From the NCBI GenBank assembly GCA_043826435.1, contig JBDRQF010000006.1:1-26413 (forward strand): a DNA stretch of 26,413 nt, in the 5' to 3' direction. Made by a program: the position numbers and the translations under genes. This document shows positions 1 to 9,972 of the stretch, piece by piece. The stretch is from Elusimicrobiota bacterium (GTDB lineage Bacteria > Elusimicrobiota > Endomicrobiia > CG1-02-37-114 > JAHJSO01). Each line of letters begins with the position of its first letter. Within the stretch, counting starts at the first letter, position 1. The notes under the pieces were generated by a model, which saw only the letters and a program-made list of their open reading frames with translations, ran no database searches and had not been told where the DNA came from.

Positions 1-56
1 TCGCCGGTTCCCTGAAATCAAACGAAGGAATAATCTACGCCGTAATAGACGGATAA
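1..56 (+). CDS. Possible 3' end of an upstream gene (partial, ...AGSLKSNEGIIYAVIDG*)
   Basis: Frame 3 is open from the window edge to TAA at 54-56 and is followed by a hairpin (GGGCATGC-ATTC-GTATGTCC, ~68-87). Too short to identify. Confidence 0.3.
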   Translation, partial: AGSLKSNEGIIYAVIDG

Positions 57-209
57 TGCAACATTAGGGCATGCATTCGTATGTCCCTGTGTTAAATATA
101 GCGCCGGCGTTCCTGATTTTTGCCGGATCGATGGGTGGCCGTATTACCATATCGTCGGATACGCCGGATCGCCGGGTGGCCGGCCGCCGTTAAACATAAA
201 ATGTACAAA

Positions 210-303
210 GGCAAAATAAACAACTAACTGGAATGTTTTATTAGTTGTTATTGGTAACTTAAAAAGTGTGCGAATGAACTAACTCTGCTAACGCACGCTA
301 AGG
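210..303 (+). repeat. Dispersed ~95-bp intergenic element, copy A
   Basis: Core GTTTTATTAGTTGTT-N5-TAACTTA (235-261) and tail GCTAACGCACG (287-297) are shared with copies at ~17872, ~18834 and ~20621. Ends at the AGGAGG RBS of the next gene. Confidence 0.8.
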
Positions 304-314
304 AGGAAGGATTT

Positions 315-1040
315 ATGCACAAAGAACCGCCAACGAAGGTATCGCAGCAGCAAGTAACTTTTGATGTGAGTGAACTTGAGCCGTTGTTGAGCCCGCCGCC
401 AATGGATGTAAAGCCATTTGAGCCGGCAGTCGTTAAACTTAAAACAGGCGAACAGATGGTTATCAGGCCGGTGAAAAAGGAAGAAGCCCCAATGTTGCTG
501 GACTATGTTAAAAAGATTATGGAAGTTGACCGCGATTTTTATGACATTGTCGGCGCCAGGGTTTATGCAGAAATTCTTGGTTGGGTTAGGAATCGTCTGA
601 AGGACTCCTATCAGTTTATAGGTGTTGTGGATGGTGTTGTGGCTGGTTTTTGCAATGGCAGATTGATGAATGAGGACATAAACATCAGTTTGCATACGTT
701 GGCTTTTAAGAGGGGAGCCCGTGCGGGGGCGATTCTTTATTATGCAAAAAGCGAGTATTGTTTTGATATTCTCGGGCAGAAAGAATTCTGGGCGACTTAT
801 GAGAGTTATAATGGATTCAAACTATGGGGCATTGGTATGGCTCAACCCTCATATCCGTGGCCGGATGTGCAGCATGAACTCGGTGGAGCAAAGGTTTTTT
901 ATATAACCAGGAAATACTGGGATACCACCGTAAAGAAATATCTTCTGGATATGGTCGGTTCAAAACTGGAAAGGCCCGTTCCTGAGGACCTTCTTAAAAA
1001 AAGTGAAGAGGTAAGAATGCCGGAAGAGTTATCAGTATAA
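315..1040 (+). CDS. Probable GNAT-fold N-acetyltransferase
   Basis: 241-aa ORF with a strong AGGAGG RBS. The segments VKLKTGEQMVIRPVKKEEA and YQFIGVVDGVVAGFC resemble GNAT beta1/alpha1 and beta2-3. Substrate unknown. Confidence 0.55.
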   Translation: MHKEPPTKVSQQQVTFDVSELEPLLSPPPMDVKPFEPAVVKLKTGEQMVIRPVKKEEAPMLLDYVKKIMEVDRDFYDIVGARVYAEILGWVRNRLKDSYQFIGVVDGVVAGFCNGRLMNEDINISLHTLAFKRGARAGAILYYAKSEYCFDILGQKEFWATYESYNGFKLWGIGMAQPSYPWPDVQHELGGAKVFYITRKYWDTTVKKYLLDMVGSKLERPVPEDLLKKSEEVRMPEELSV

Positions 1041-1048
1041 TCGGGTAA

Positions 1049-1086
1049 GTCATAATCAGGCAGGTCATAATCAGGCAGGTCATAAT
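1049..1086. repeat. 15-bp tandem repeat GTCATAATCAGGCAG, ~2.5 copies plus a degenerate copy
   Basis: Seen directly; fills the gap between the convergent GNAT and ftsQ stop codons. Confidence 0.85.
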
Positions 1087-1976
1087 TATGTGCGCCTGGG
1101 AGAATGCTTTTTTGTCTCTGCGGGCTTTATAGAGGGTTTAACAATTATCCTGTTTTCATCAAAAAGTTGCAGGTCAATATACTCAATAGGGCTACGCCCT
1201 AACACATTTTGCGCCTGTTCCATGACCGCACAGGTATATTTTATCTGCCTCTCTATTTTATTCTCGTTGTAGGGACCCCATAATATCTCGCAGTTATCAC
1301 GGAGTTTCAGGACGAAATTATCTTTCAGGTTGGACAATCGCGCTATTTCCGAATAGACCTCCCTTTTGTGTTTCAGAATACGGGCAAGCAATTTAACCGC
1401 ATCCCCGCGGAATTTTGACGGTTTGCCGTCCCGGAGGACACCATCCCGGGAGATGACGGGTTCGTCAATTGCGACCTCAGGCATAGCGCTGTAATTTTTT
1501 CTGAGAGGGAAGCATGTATTTTCGTCGTCAATCCCGATAGCCCCGTCCTTGTGGTAAATCCATGCGATTGGCTTCCTTTCGGTTATTATAAAAGAAATCT
1601 TCCCGGGCAGGCGCCTCCTTATTCTGACTGACTTTATTTCGGGCAGTGCATCTTTTAAGGGTCCGGCTATCCTCATGAAATACGTGGCGATTAAATTATC
1701 GCCGTATTTTACCGGCAGGCCGGATAAAAGATCGCTTTCCGGCAGGGCGTCAAGGCCGGACACGGTTATTTCTTCTATGTTAAATCTTCCCGACGCAAAA
1801 AGGTATTTGTGGCCCGCCCGCCCGGCGATAAAAAATACCGAGGTGATTGAGACAAAAAGCAGGAGCATCCCCGCCGACTTTATTATCTTTGCGAACCATT
1901 GCTGTTTTACTTTTGTCCGTAATCTGTAACCGGATTTTATTTTTATAGGTTTATAATTAAATTTGCGTCGTCTCAT
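1086..1976 (-). CDS. ftsQ: Cell division protein FtsQ/DivIB (POTRA domain)
   Basis: Basic N-terminus, single TM helix, POTRA-like segment (FNIEEITVSG...IKSVRIRRRLPGKISFIITERKPIA) and C-terminal EYIDL motif; lies downstream of ddl. Confidence 0.85.
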   Translation of the reverse strand: MRRRKFNYKPIKIKSGYRLRTKVKQQWFAKIIKSAGMLLLFVSITSVFFIAGRAGHKYLFASGRFNIEEITVSGLDALPESDLLSGLPVKYGDNLIATYFMRIAGPLKDALPEIKSVRIRRRLPGKISFIITERKPIAWIYHKDGAIGIDDENTCFPLRKNYSAMPEVAIDEPVISRDGVLRDGKPSKFRGDAVKLLARILKHKREVYSEIARLSNLKDNFVLKLRDNCEILWGPYNENKIERQIKYTCAVMEQAQNVLGRSPIEYIDLQLFDENRIIVKPSIKPAETKKHSPRRT

Positions 1977-2000
1977 AAAGTAAAAACGTTCTTTGTCGCG

Positions 2001-2951
2001 TCATTCCAGCGAATCTTTTATTATTTTATCAATCATTTCATCAAAGGTATAACCCGCGGCGGCGGCTGCCTCGGGCAGGAGAGACGTTCGTGTCATACCC
2101 GGAATCGTGTTTATCTCAAGTATGTAGGGCCTGTTGCCCGGCGGGTCGGTAAGACGGAAATCAACCCTTGCCATCGCCCTGCAGCCGAGCGCCTCAAAAG
2201 CGGACATTGCTAGTTTCCGGATACGCCCGGAGATTAAAGATGGTATATCTGCCGGGACAATGTGTCTTGAACCGCCCGTGTCATATTTTGCCGAAAAATC
2301 ATAAAATTTACTACGCACAGGAATTATTTCCATTACAGGGAGTGTTTCGTCGCCGAGCAGTCCGACGGTGATTTCCCTCCCCGGGATGAATTTTTCAACC
2401 AGGGCATTTCTGCCGTAGCGGAGCGCCTTCCTGATTGCGCCACGGAGTTCACCCGTTTTATATACTATGGTTATTCCGAAAGCCGACCCCTGGTCAGATG
2501 GTTTAACTACCAGCGGTAGCGATGCAAAAAATCTATCACAGTGTTTTGAAACCCGGTGTTTTGAAATATCCCCCCCCGACCTTACGACCCTCCATTCAGG
2601 GGTGGGCAGGCCGTGCCACTCAAGGATTTTCTTGGTATATATTTTATTCATTGACAGGGCGCTGGCAAGCACGCCGGAGCCGCTGTAAGGTATTCCCATC
2701 AGTTCAAGCACCGACTGAACAGTCCCGTCTTCTCCAAGAGGTCCGTGCAGGGCGATGAAGGTGAAGTCAATCTTTTTCCGCCCGCATATCACCGCCTGTA
2801 TTTTTTTTACGAAATTCCTGTCAACGGCCACCGGCACCGCAATATAACCGTTTCGTTTGAGTGAGGCAATAACGGCCCTGCCGCTCTTTAAACTTATTTC
2901 TCTTTCCGCAGAGACCCCGCCGTAAAGAACAGCGACTCTTTTTATTTTCAT
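2001..2951 (-). CDS. ddl: D-alanine--D-alanine ligase
   Basis: Motifs GGVSAEREISLKSG, LHGPLGEDG, FYDFSAKY and LEINTIPGMT. Start placed at ATG 2951 (MKIKRV). Confidence 0.95.
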   Translation of the reverse strand: MKIKRVAVLYGGVSAEREISLKSGRAVIASLKRNGYIAVPVAVDRNFVKKIQAVICGRKKIDFTFIALHGPLGEDGTVQSVLELMGIPYSGSGVLASALSMNKIYTKKILEWHGLPTPEWRVVRSGGDISKHRVSKHCDRFFASLPLVVKPSDQGSAFGITIVYKTGELRGAIRKALRYGRNALVEKFIPGREITVGLLGDETLPVMEIIPVRSKFYDFSAKYDTGGSRHIVPADIPSLISGRIRKLAMSAFEALGCRAMARVDFRLTDPPGNRPYILEINTIPGMTRTSLLPEAAAAAGYTFDEMIDKIIKDSLE

Positions 2952-3009
2952 CTTAAAACGCCTGCACGCCCTTTCCACCCCCGCATGGCCCCTGTCCCCC
3001 TGCCCTGTA

Positions 3010-3945
3010 CTATATTATCTTTATTTCAAGTTCAAGGTTTATGCCGAATTTTTCATTAACCCTTCGCCTGACTTCCATTATTAAATTCTGTATATCGGAC
3101 GGAGTGGCATTCCCTGTATTGATAATAAAATTTGCATGTTTTTCGCTGACCTGCGCCCCGCCCATTTTATAACCCTTCAATTGACACTCCTCTATCAGTT
3201 TACCTGCAAATCCCCCCGGCGGGTTTTTGAAGATAGAACCTGCTGAGTGGCTTGAAAGCGGCTGTGTCTGCGAGCGTTTTAGCAGGTTTTCAGTTATTCT
3301 TTTTAGTATTGCGCTTTTTTCGTCCTTTTTCAGGAGGAAATCCGCCTCAAGGACAATTTTCCCCTCCAGTCCCGACTTCCTGTAACCGAAGGATATTTCT
3401 TCCTTTTCGAGAACGGAAACCGCGCCTTCAATGCCGATGATTTTTACGGAAATGAGTTTGTCGGAAATATTCCCCTCGTTTGTTCCTGCGTTCATTACAA
3501 GAGAGCCGCCGACGCTGCCCGGGATACCTACCAACGATTCAAAGCCGGTAAATTCAAGGTCAACGCAACGTTTCACCAGTAGTGGGAGCATTGTGCCGGC
3601 GCCCGCCCTGACCGTGGCTGTGTCCGCCTTGACCGTGCCCGTGTTCTTATCTTTCGCAGTCAAAAAAGCAACATTGCAGAAATCATTTTTCAATTGTCCG
3701 ACAACGCCCTTTATACCGTAATGACTCACAAGAAGGTTTGACCCGGCGCCTATGATAAAAAGGGGCAGTTTATTTTTTCGGACGAGCGCCAGAACCCTTT
3801 TTAACTCTTCAAGTGTTTTAACCTCGGCAAAAATTTCCGCATCCCCGCCAGTGGCAAGAGAAGTATGCCGCGACATTGACTCGCGAAACCGGACTTTGAC
3901 GCCGTTTTTACCGAGTGCTTCAAATTCTTTGTGTAATCCCCGCAT
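3010..3945 (-). CDS. murB: UDP-N-acetylenolpyruvoylglucosamine reductase
   Basis: Motifs GAGSNLL, GIPGSVGGSLVMNAG, SAGSIFKNP, SEKHANF and LELEI. Overlaps the murC 3' end by 26 bp. Confidence 0.95.
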   Translation of the reverse strand: MRGLHKEFEALGKNGVKVRFRESMSRHTSLATGGDAEIFAEVKTLEELKRVLALVRKNKLPLFIIGAGSNLLVSHYGIKGVVGQLKNDFCNVAFLTAKDKNTGTVKADTATVRAGAGTMLPLLVKRCVDLEFTGFESLVGIPGSVGGSLVMNAGTNEGNISDKLISVKIIGIEGAVSVLEKEEISFGYRKSGLEGKIVLEADFLLKKDEKSAILKRITENLLKRSQTQPLSSHSAGSIFKNPPGGFAGKLIEECQLKGYKMGGAQVSEKHANFIINTGNATPSDIQNLIMEVRRRVNEKFGINLELEIKII

Positions 3946-5311
3946 GTTTCAGTATGTCTTCTCCTATCTTCCATACATTGCCGGCGCCGAGCGTGAGGAG
4001 TACGTCCCCCGGTTTTAATGCGCCCGGCAGTTCGTTCCTGTTAAACAGTTTAACGTCGTCCTTGTGTTTTTTTAATTCAGTGAGGATAAGTTTTGATGTT
4101 ACGCCCGGTATGGGTTTTTCTCCGGCGGGGTATATATCGCAAACACGGACGACGTCTGCGTCCCCGAAGGACGTCCCGAATTTTTTGTAGAGGGCTTTTG
4201 TCCTGGTGTACCTGTGCGGCTGGAATACCACGACTACCCGTCTCTCCGGGTATCCTTCCCGTACCGCCTGCAGGGTATTGGATATTTCAGTCGGGTGGTG
4301 TCCGTAATCATCAATAACCGTTATGCCCGAAAACGTCCCCTTTATTTCAAGCCGCCTGCCGACGCCTTCAAACTCCGCCAGCGCCTTTTTAATTTTTTCA
4401 AACGGGATGCCGAGTTCTATGCCGCAGCAGATTGACGCCAGAGCGTTCAGGACGTTATGCCTGCCGGGGATCTTAAGGTTTATACTGCCGAGATATTTTT
4501 TACGGGTCTTTCCGTTGGAGTTTATGTTCCTTACTGCATAAAAGACGCTGCCTGAAGAGTCAACAGTCAGTTTTTCTGCCGTGAAATCGGCAGGGGAAGC
4601 GATGCCATAGGTATAATGCCGTCTTGTAACGTGTTTGAGCAGCGACCGGACAACGGGGTCATCCTTGCATAAAATGGCGCATCCATAAAACGGAACGTTG
4701 TTTATATAGCGGACAAACGACTGTATAAGGCACTGCATCGTGCCGTAGTAATCCAGGTGGTCGTCGTCAATGTTCGTCACCACGGAGATTGCGGGCGACA
4801 ATTTAAGGAAAGAGCCGTCACTCTCGTCCGCTTCAGCCACCAGAAAATCCCCTCTGCCTAATTTCGCCCCTGTGCCATAATTTTTTAGACGGCCGCCGAT
4901 GATTACCGTCGGGTCAAGTCCCCCTTTTTGCAGGACAAGGGCGGTCATAGAGGTGGTTGTCGTCTTGCCGTGAGTACCGGCAATAGCGACAGTATGTTTC
5001 AGGCGGGCAATTTCAGCAAGCATCTCAATGCGGGGGATTACGGGAATGCCTTTTCTGCGCGCAGCCAGCACCTCGGGGTTTGTTTTATCAATTGCAGAAG
5101 ACACCACAACAACATCCGTACCGGCAACATTTTCCGCTCTGTGCCTGTAAACAATTCTTGCGCCGATTTTTTCAAGGTGTTTTGTAACCTCGGTAGGTGC
5201 TATGTCCGAGCCGCTTACTTTATAACCGAGGTTAATGAGCACCTCTGCGATTCCCGACATTCCGGAACCGCCTATCCCCACCATGTGTATTTTTTTGATA
5301 TTCTTAAACAT
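3920..5311 (-). CDS. murC: UDP-N-acetylmuramate--L-alanine ligase
   Basis: Motifs GIGGSGMSGIA, AGTHGKTTTT, EADESDGSF, DDYGHHPTEI and FQPHRYTRT. Confidence 0.97.
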   Translation of the reverse strand: MFKNIKKIHMVGIGGSGMSGIAEVLINLGYKVSGSDIAPTEVTKHLEKIGARIVYRHRAENVAGTDVVVVSSAIDKTNPEVLAARRKGIPVIPRIEMLAEIARLKHTVAIAGTHGKTTTTSMTALVLQKGGLDPTVIIGGRLKNYGTGAKLGRGDFLVAEADESDGSFLKLSPAISVVTNIDDDHLDYYGTMQCLIQSFVRYINNVPFYGCAILCKDDPVVRSLLKHVTRRHYTYGIASPADFTAEKLTVDSSGSVFYAVRNINSNGKTRKKYLGSINLKIPGRHNVLNALASICCGIELGIPFEKIKKALAEFEGVGRRLEIKGTFSGITVIDDYGHHPTEISNTLQAVREGYPERRVVVVFQPHRYTRTKALYKKFGTSFGDADVVRVCDIYPAGEKPIPGVTSKLILTELKKHKDDVKLFNRNELPGALKPGDVLLTLGAGNVWKIGEDILKHAGITQRI

Positions 5312-5337
5312 AAAAAGTCATTCGGCGGACGCCGAAA

Positions 5338-5715
5338 TCAGGGGTAACTGGCGCTGACTTTGGTTTTGAGCCCTCCACGAGTCCTAAACTCCGCCTCAAC
5401 GGACATTTTTTTTGGAGCACACAACTTTACAAGGTCTTTTAATATCCGGTTGATAACGCTCTCATGGACGATGCCCACATTTCTATATGAATACAGGTAG
5501 TATTTGAGTGATTTCAGTTCAATGCATTTTTTGCCGGGGATGTATTTTATTGTAATGGTTGCGAAGTCAGGCATGCCGCTCCAGGGACAAACACAGGTGA
5601 ACTCGTCGGTGTTAATTTCAATTTCTATTTTCTTGCCGGGATAATCATAATAAATGGTTTGCAACAGGGAGGAATCAATTGATGTGCGGGCGTCAATTTT
5701 CTTATTCTTTTGCAT
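5338..5715 (-). CDS. queF: NADPH-dependent preQ0 reductase (short type)
   Basis: EFTCVCPWSGMPDFA with the catalytic Cys/Asp, and the QueF motif ELKSLKYYLYSYRN...HE. Start placed at ATG 5715, downstream of the promoter. Confidence 0.93.
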   Translation of the reverse strand: MQKNKKIDARTSIDSSLLQTIYYDYPGKKIEIEINTDEFTCVCPWSGMPDFATITIKYIPGKKCIELKSLKYYLYSYRNVGIVHESVINRILKDLVKLCAPKKMSVEAEFRTRGGLKTKVSASYP

Positions 5716-5744
5716 ATAAAGAATTGTCGTTCCTTTCAGGATAG

Positions 5745-5773
5745 ATGATAACAAATTTTTGATGATTTGTCAA
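5745..5773 (-). promoter_or_regulatory. Sigma70-type promoter for queF-murC-murB-ddl-ftsQ
   Basis: TTGACA-17 bp-TATCAT with an extended TGn. Confidence 0.7.
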
Positions 5774-5804
5774 AAGGTTTGCAGTTTTTTCTTGCAGTTT
5801 TTCC

Positions 5805-8492
5805 TTATAGTTTTTTTCTGTGGACTATAAATTTTCTTAACTCTTCCGCCCAGAATACAGTACTTCCTACAGCGATAATCCTGAGCCAATCACTGATTTT
5901 CAGTGGGATTGTTTCAAATATATTCTGAAAAAAGGGAACGTATAGCACCATAAGTTGAAACATGGCCGCTGCTATAAGACCGAGTATAAGATATCTATTG
6001 CTGAAGAAGGGCATTCTGAATATTGATATATGTTCGGACCGGCAGTTGATTCCATTAATCCACTGTGTAAATGCAAGCGTGGTGAAGGCGACTGTCCGTG
6101 CGTATCCAAGGGGTTGTCCTTTTAAAATTTCATAAACAAACATTCCAATTATCCCCGCAGCCATAATGGGCGCCCTGAAAAAAAGCAATCTGAGGAGATG
6201 TTTTGTAACGATGGGTTCATTCTTTTTATCGGGAGGTCTGTCCATTACATTTTCTTTGGGTTCCATGACAAGGTTTATTGTGAGACATCCGTCCGTTATC
6301 AGATTAATCCATAATATCTGGATGGCAAGGAGAGGGATATTCAATCCCGCAATAAGGGCGGTCAGCAGGACAAGAATTTCAGTATTACCCGAACACAGAA
6401 GATACAGTATCGTTTTCCTTATGTTTGTCGTTATCCCGCGTCCTTCCTCAACCGCATTGACGATAGTTGCAAAATTGTCGTCGGCAATGACCATGCTGCT
6501 GGATTCCTTTGCCACATCGGTTCCTGTTATACCCATTGCAATGCCTATGTCCGCGGCTACGAGAGCAGGTGCATCATTTACGCCATCCCCTGTCATAGCC
6601 ACAACCTCATTCTGTTTCTGAAGCGCCATCACTATCTGTTGTTTGTTTTTCGGTTCAATCCTCGCGAATACAGAAAAGTTTTTTACTGTTCCCTGCAGTT
6701 CGTCATCGGACATAACATTGAGCAAGTCACCTGTTATACCTTCCTCCGCTTCTTTTAGTATGCCTATTTCACGTGCTATGGATTCGGCAGTTGCAAGGTG
6801 GTCACCCGTTACCATTATGGTTTTTATACCCGCTTTTTCACACAACCGGATGGCTTCTTTCACGCCCTCGCGGGGCGGGTCCATGTTCCCTATAAAGCCA
6901 GTGAATATAAGTTTATTTCTAACGGAGTCAATTTCAAGTTTTTTATCCTCGCCGTGCTCAAGATAGCAAAAACCGAGGACCCTGAGTGAGTCCTTTGCCA
7001 TGAGTTCCGATTTCCTGAGCAATTCCATCTTCACGGGATTCGTCAATTCTTTTGCCCCGCCGTCCCCCGGGAAATAGCCGCAGATGTCTATGATTTTTTC
7101 AGGTGCGCCCTTGACGCATATCAGAAAACCGCCGTCCGGCTTTTTGTGCTTTGTCAGCATCATCTGTAAGTGGGGCTCAAACGGAATCTCGTCAGTCCGA
7201 GGGAATGTGTCTTTGAGTTTTTCCAGGTCCATCCCTGCTTTTGATGCCAGCACGAGGTATGCGATTTCCGTCGGGTCGCCGGAAATGTCGGTTTTGTTTT
7301 TGAACCCGGCGTCGTTGCACAGTACCGATACGTTTAACAGCATATTGGTTTCTTTGTCGTCAAGGGGATTGGTTTTTTCCTCGTTTATCAGAAACGAACC
7401 TTCAGGCGTATAACCCGTTCCGGTAACCTCTATGCGGTGGCTCATGGTAACCACCCGCCTGGACGTCATTTCATTTTTGGTGAGAGTCCCCGTTTTGTCG
7501 GAACATATGTAGGTGGCGCTGCCGAGCCCCTCCACTGCTGCCAGTTTTCTTATGAGCGCCTTCCTTTTTGCCATTCTCTGCATACCTACGGCAAGGGCTA
7601 CCGTGACTGCCACAGGAAGCCCCTCGGGAATTGACGAGACCATCTGACTTAAAGCGACCAGAAAAATCTCGTAAAACCCAAAATTTCTTACGAAGTAACC
7701 GATAATAAACGCAGCAACAACCTGAATGGACACTATCACAATCAGGAGTTTTCCAAAGCTCTCCATCTTTCTCTGGAAGGGAGTTTTTGGTTCGGGGGTT
7801 GACTGGATCATCTCGCTTATTTTGCCAATTTCCGTATCCATGCCGGTTGCAGTTACAACCACTTTCCCCCTGCCCTCAACTACGATTGTCCCGGAAAAGA
7901 TCATATTTAATCTGTCCCCAATAGTGGCATCAATTTTTATTGGGTCGGTAATTTTATGCACGGACAAGGATTCCCCGGTGAGGGAGGCCTCATTTACTTT
8001 TAGTCGGATTGATTCAATCAACCGGCCGTCAGCCGTGACCTTACTCCCTGATTCAAGCAGCAATACGTCCCCGGGCACGACTTCTTTGGAATCTATTTCT
8101 TTTATATCGCCCTGGCGGACCACCCTTGTCTTCGGAGCAGAGAGTTCCTTTAATGATTCCATCGTTCTTTTTGCTCTCGTTTCCTGGATGAAACCCATCA
8201 CTGCATTTATTGTTAATACAAATAGTATAACAAATGAATTTGTGGTTTTTCCTACGAGAAAAGAGACGATGGATGCAAACAGCAGGATGTATATCAGTGG
8301 GCTTTGGAATTGTTTGATGAAAATTGAAAACAGGCCTTCTTGTTTTTTTACTGTAAGTTGATTTGGACCAAATTGGGCGAGTCTTTTTTGTGCTTCCTCA
8401 TCTGAGATGCCGTCCTGTGTTGTTGAAAGAAAGGAGAATATATCTTTTACCGGGTATTTATACCATGCTTTGCTTTTTAAATCGGAGTCCAT
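5805..8492 (-). CDS. P2-type cation-transporting P-type ATPase (Ca2+-ATPase-like)
   Basis: 895 aa with TGES, PEGL, DKTGTLT, KGAPE, TGD, GDGVND and WINLITD. Confidence 0.92.
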   Translation of the reverse strand: MDSDLKSKAWYKYPVKDIFSFLSTTQDGISDEEAQKRLAQFGPNQLTVKKQEGLFSIFIKQFQSPLIYILLFASIVSFLVGKTTNSFVILFVLTINAVMGFIQETRAKRTMESLKELSAPKTRVVRQGDIKEIDSKEVVPGDVLLLESGSKVTADGRLIESIRLKVNEASLTGESLSVHKITDPIKIDATIGDRLNMIFSGTIVVEGRGKVVVTATGMDTEIGKISEMIQSTPEPKTPFQRKMESFGKLLIVIVSIQVVAAFIIGYFVRNFGFYEIFLVALSQMVSSIPEGLPVAVTVALAVGMQRMAKRKALIRKLAAVEGLGSATYICSDKTGTLTKNEMTSRRVVTMSHRIEVTGTGYTPEGSFLINEEKTNPLDDKETNMLLNVSVLCNDAGFKNKTDISGDPTEIAYLVLASKAGMDLEKLKDTFPRTDEIPFEPHLQMMLTKHKKPDGGFLICVKGAPEKIIDICGYFPGDGGAKELTNPVKMELLRKSELMAKDSLRVLGFCYLEHGEDKKLEIDSVRNKLIFTGFIGNMDPPREGVKEAIRLCEKAGIKTIMVTGDHLATAESIAREIGILKEAEEGITGDLLNVMSDDELQGTVKNFSVFARIEPKNKQQIVMALQKQNEVVAMTGDGVNDAPALVAADIGIAMGITGTDVAKESSSMVIADDNFATIVNAVEEGRGITTNIRKTILYLLCSGNTEILVLLTALIAGLNIPLLAIQILWINLITDGCLTINLVMEPKENVMDRPPDKKNEPIVTKHLLRLLFFRAPIMAAGIIGMFVYEILKGQPLGYARTVAFTTLAFTQWINGINCRSEHISIFRMPFFSNRYLILGLIAAAMFQLMVLYVPFFQNIFETIPLKISDWLRIIAVGSTVFWAEELRKFIVHRKKL

Positions 8493-8552
8493 AAAAATTT
8501 TTTAGACGCACCTTTTACTTAAATCACGGGATAGAATTTTGTTTATTTCACA

Positions 8553-9965
8553 TTAGACCTTAACTACAGAAATATTTGCCTGAAATGGTTTTTCTTTTAT
8601 TCCACTCGTAATGATTACTATATCACCTTTATTAACCAGTCCTTCTCTTCTTACTTGCCCGATAAATGTTTTATAATTTTGTTCCACATCTTTTACTTTT
8701 TTACCAATTAAAACTTCTATCCCCCGATAGACGAGCAATCTCATTGCAATCGTTTTATTTACCGTAACAGCAATTATCGGCAATTGTGGACGATATTGTG
8801 AAATTATTTTTGCTGTATTCCCTGTCTTAGTTAAACAAATTATCGCCTTCACATTGCCAACCTGTGAAAGTTTATCAATCGCTATGCCTAACCCCTGAAT
8901 TAATCCGCGTTCTTGTGGATAAAATTCTTCTGAAGTTGAGGTTTTCCTGTAATCACTGGAATTTTCTACTGTGTTAATGATGCTGGACATTTCTTGTACT
9001 GCTTCATGTGGATATTTTCCTACTGATGTTTCAGCTGAAAGCATTAAACAATCCGCCCCGTCTAACACGCCATTAGCAACATCATTCACTTCTGCACGGG
9101 TAGGATGAAGATTTATTGTCATTGAATCTAGCATCTGAGTTGCAACTATTACTGGTTTACCTGATTTACGACATTTTCTGATTATTTCTTTTTGTATCAG
9201 AGGCACTTGCGCTCTCGGTAAGCATACGCCCATGTCACCGCGTGCAATCATTACACCGTCAGAAACATCAATTATACTGTCAATATTATTTAAGCCCTCG
9301 GCATCTTCAATTTTAGCAATTAGTGATACAGGGTGATTTTTTCCGAGCAGATTTCTTATTTTCAGAATATTTTCTCTTTTTCTTGTGAAAGACACCGCAA
9401 CATAATTTACTCCGAGTTTCATGCCCAAGTTTAAATCATTTATATCTTGCTGAGTAATTACTGGTAATGGTAAAAACTTCCCCGGTAAAGAGACACCTTT
9501 GCGTTCTGATAATTCACCGCCGATAATCACTTCACACTCAATATTTCTGTTAATAACCTTCTTTACTATTAGTTCTATTTTTCCATCATCAAGAAACATT
9601 CTATCGTCTTTAGCAAGGTGCCTGTGTAGTTCTTTATAGTCCACATTTACTCTGTTTCTATTCCCGTAACAGTTTTCGGTAGTTAAAATAAATTTCTCCC
9701 CGGGTTGTAAGAATATATTTTTTATTCCTGGTTTGAATTTACCAATGCGAATCTTCGGCCCCTGTAAATCCTGCATAATTCCTATGTTTTTGCTCAATTT
9801 ATTTGACGCTCTTCTAATAATGACGATATGGTTTCCGTGTTGCTCATAAGTACCATGCGAGAAATTCAGACGTGCAATAACCATGCCTGAATTTATCATT
9901 TTTTCTATTGTAGCAGGTTTTTCTGATGCAGGACCTATTGTACAAATAATTTTTGTCTTACACAT
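8553..9965 (-). CDS. pyk: Pyruvate kinase
   Basis: TKIICTIGPAS, ARLNFSHG, DLQGPKIR, IAKIE, MIARGDMG and ATQMLDSM...PTRAEVND. Start placed at ATG 9965. Confidence 0.97.
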   Translation of the reverse strand: MCKTKIICTIGPASEKPATIEKMINSGMVIARLNFSHGTYEQHGNHIVIIRRASNKLSKNIGIMQDLQGPKIRIGKFKPGIKNIFLQPGEKFILTTENCYGNRNRVNVDYKELHRHLAKDDRMFLDDGKIELIVKKVINRNIECEVIIGGELSERKGVSLPGKFLPLPVITQQDINDLNLGMKLGVNYVAVSFTRKRENILKIRNLLGKNHPVSLIAKIEDAEGLNNIDSIIDVSDGVMIARGDMGVCLPRAQVPLIQKEIIRKCRKSGKPVIVATQMLDSMTINLHPTRAEVNDVANGVLDGADCLMLSAETSVGKYPHEAVQEMSSIINTVENSSDYRKTSTSEEFYPQERGLIQGLGIAIDKLSQVGNVKAIICLTKTGNTAKIISQYRPQLPIIAVTVNKTIAMRLLVYRGIEVLIGKKVKDVEQNYKTFIGQVRREGLVNKGDIVIITSGIKEKPFQANISVVKV

Positions 9966-9972
9966 ATTCTTT

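Noticed and set aside
210..303. Integron attC/attI identity for the dispersed element
   Set aside because: TAAC motifs are present, but there is no paired RYYYAAC...GTTRRRY hairpin and no integrase, and the flanked genes include core parA/parB.
2001..2951. D-Ala-D-Lac (vancomycin-resistance type) ligase
   Set aside because: The omega-loop Tyr (AKY) is retained, and there are no van genes.
5716..5744. preQ1 riboswitch before queF or queE
   Set aside because: The queF leader is ~25 nt, and neither leader shows the preQ1 stem/A-tract signature.
8914..8922. oriC from a DnaA box (TGTGGATAA)
   Set aside because: Single box inside pyk, with no cluster.
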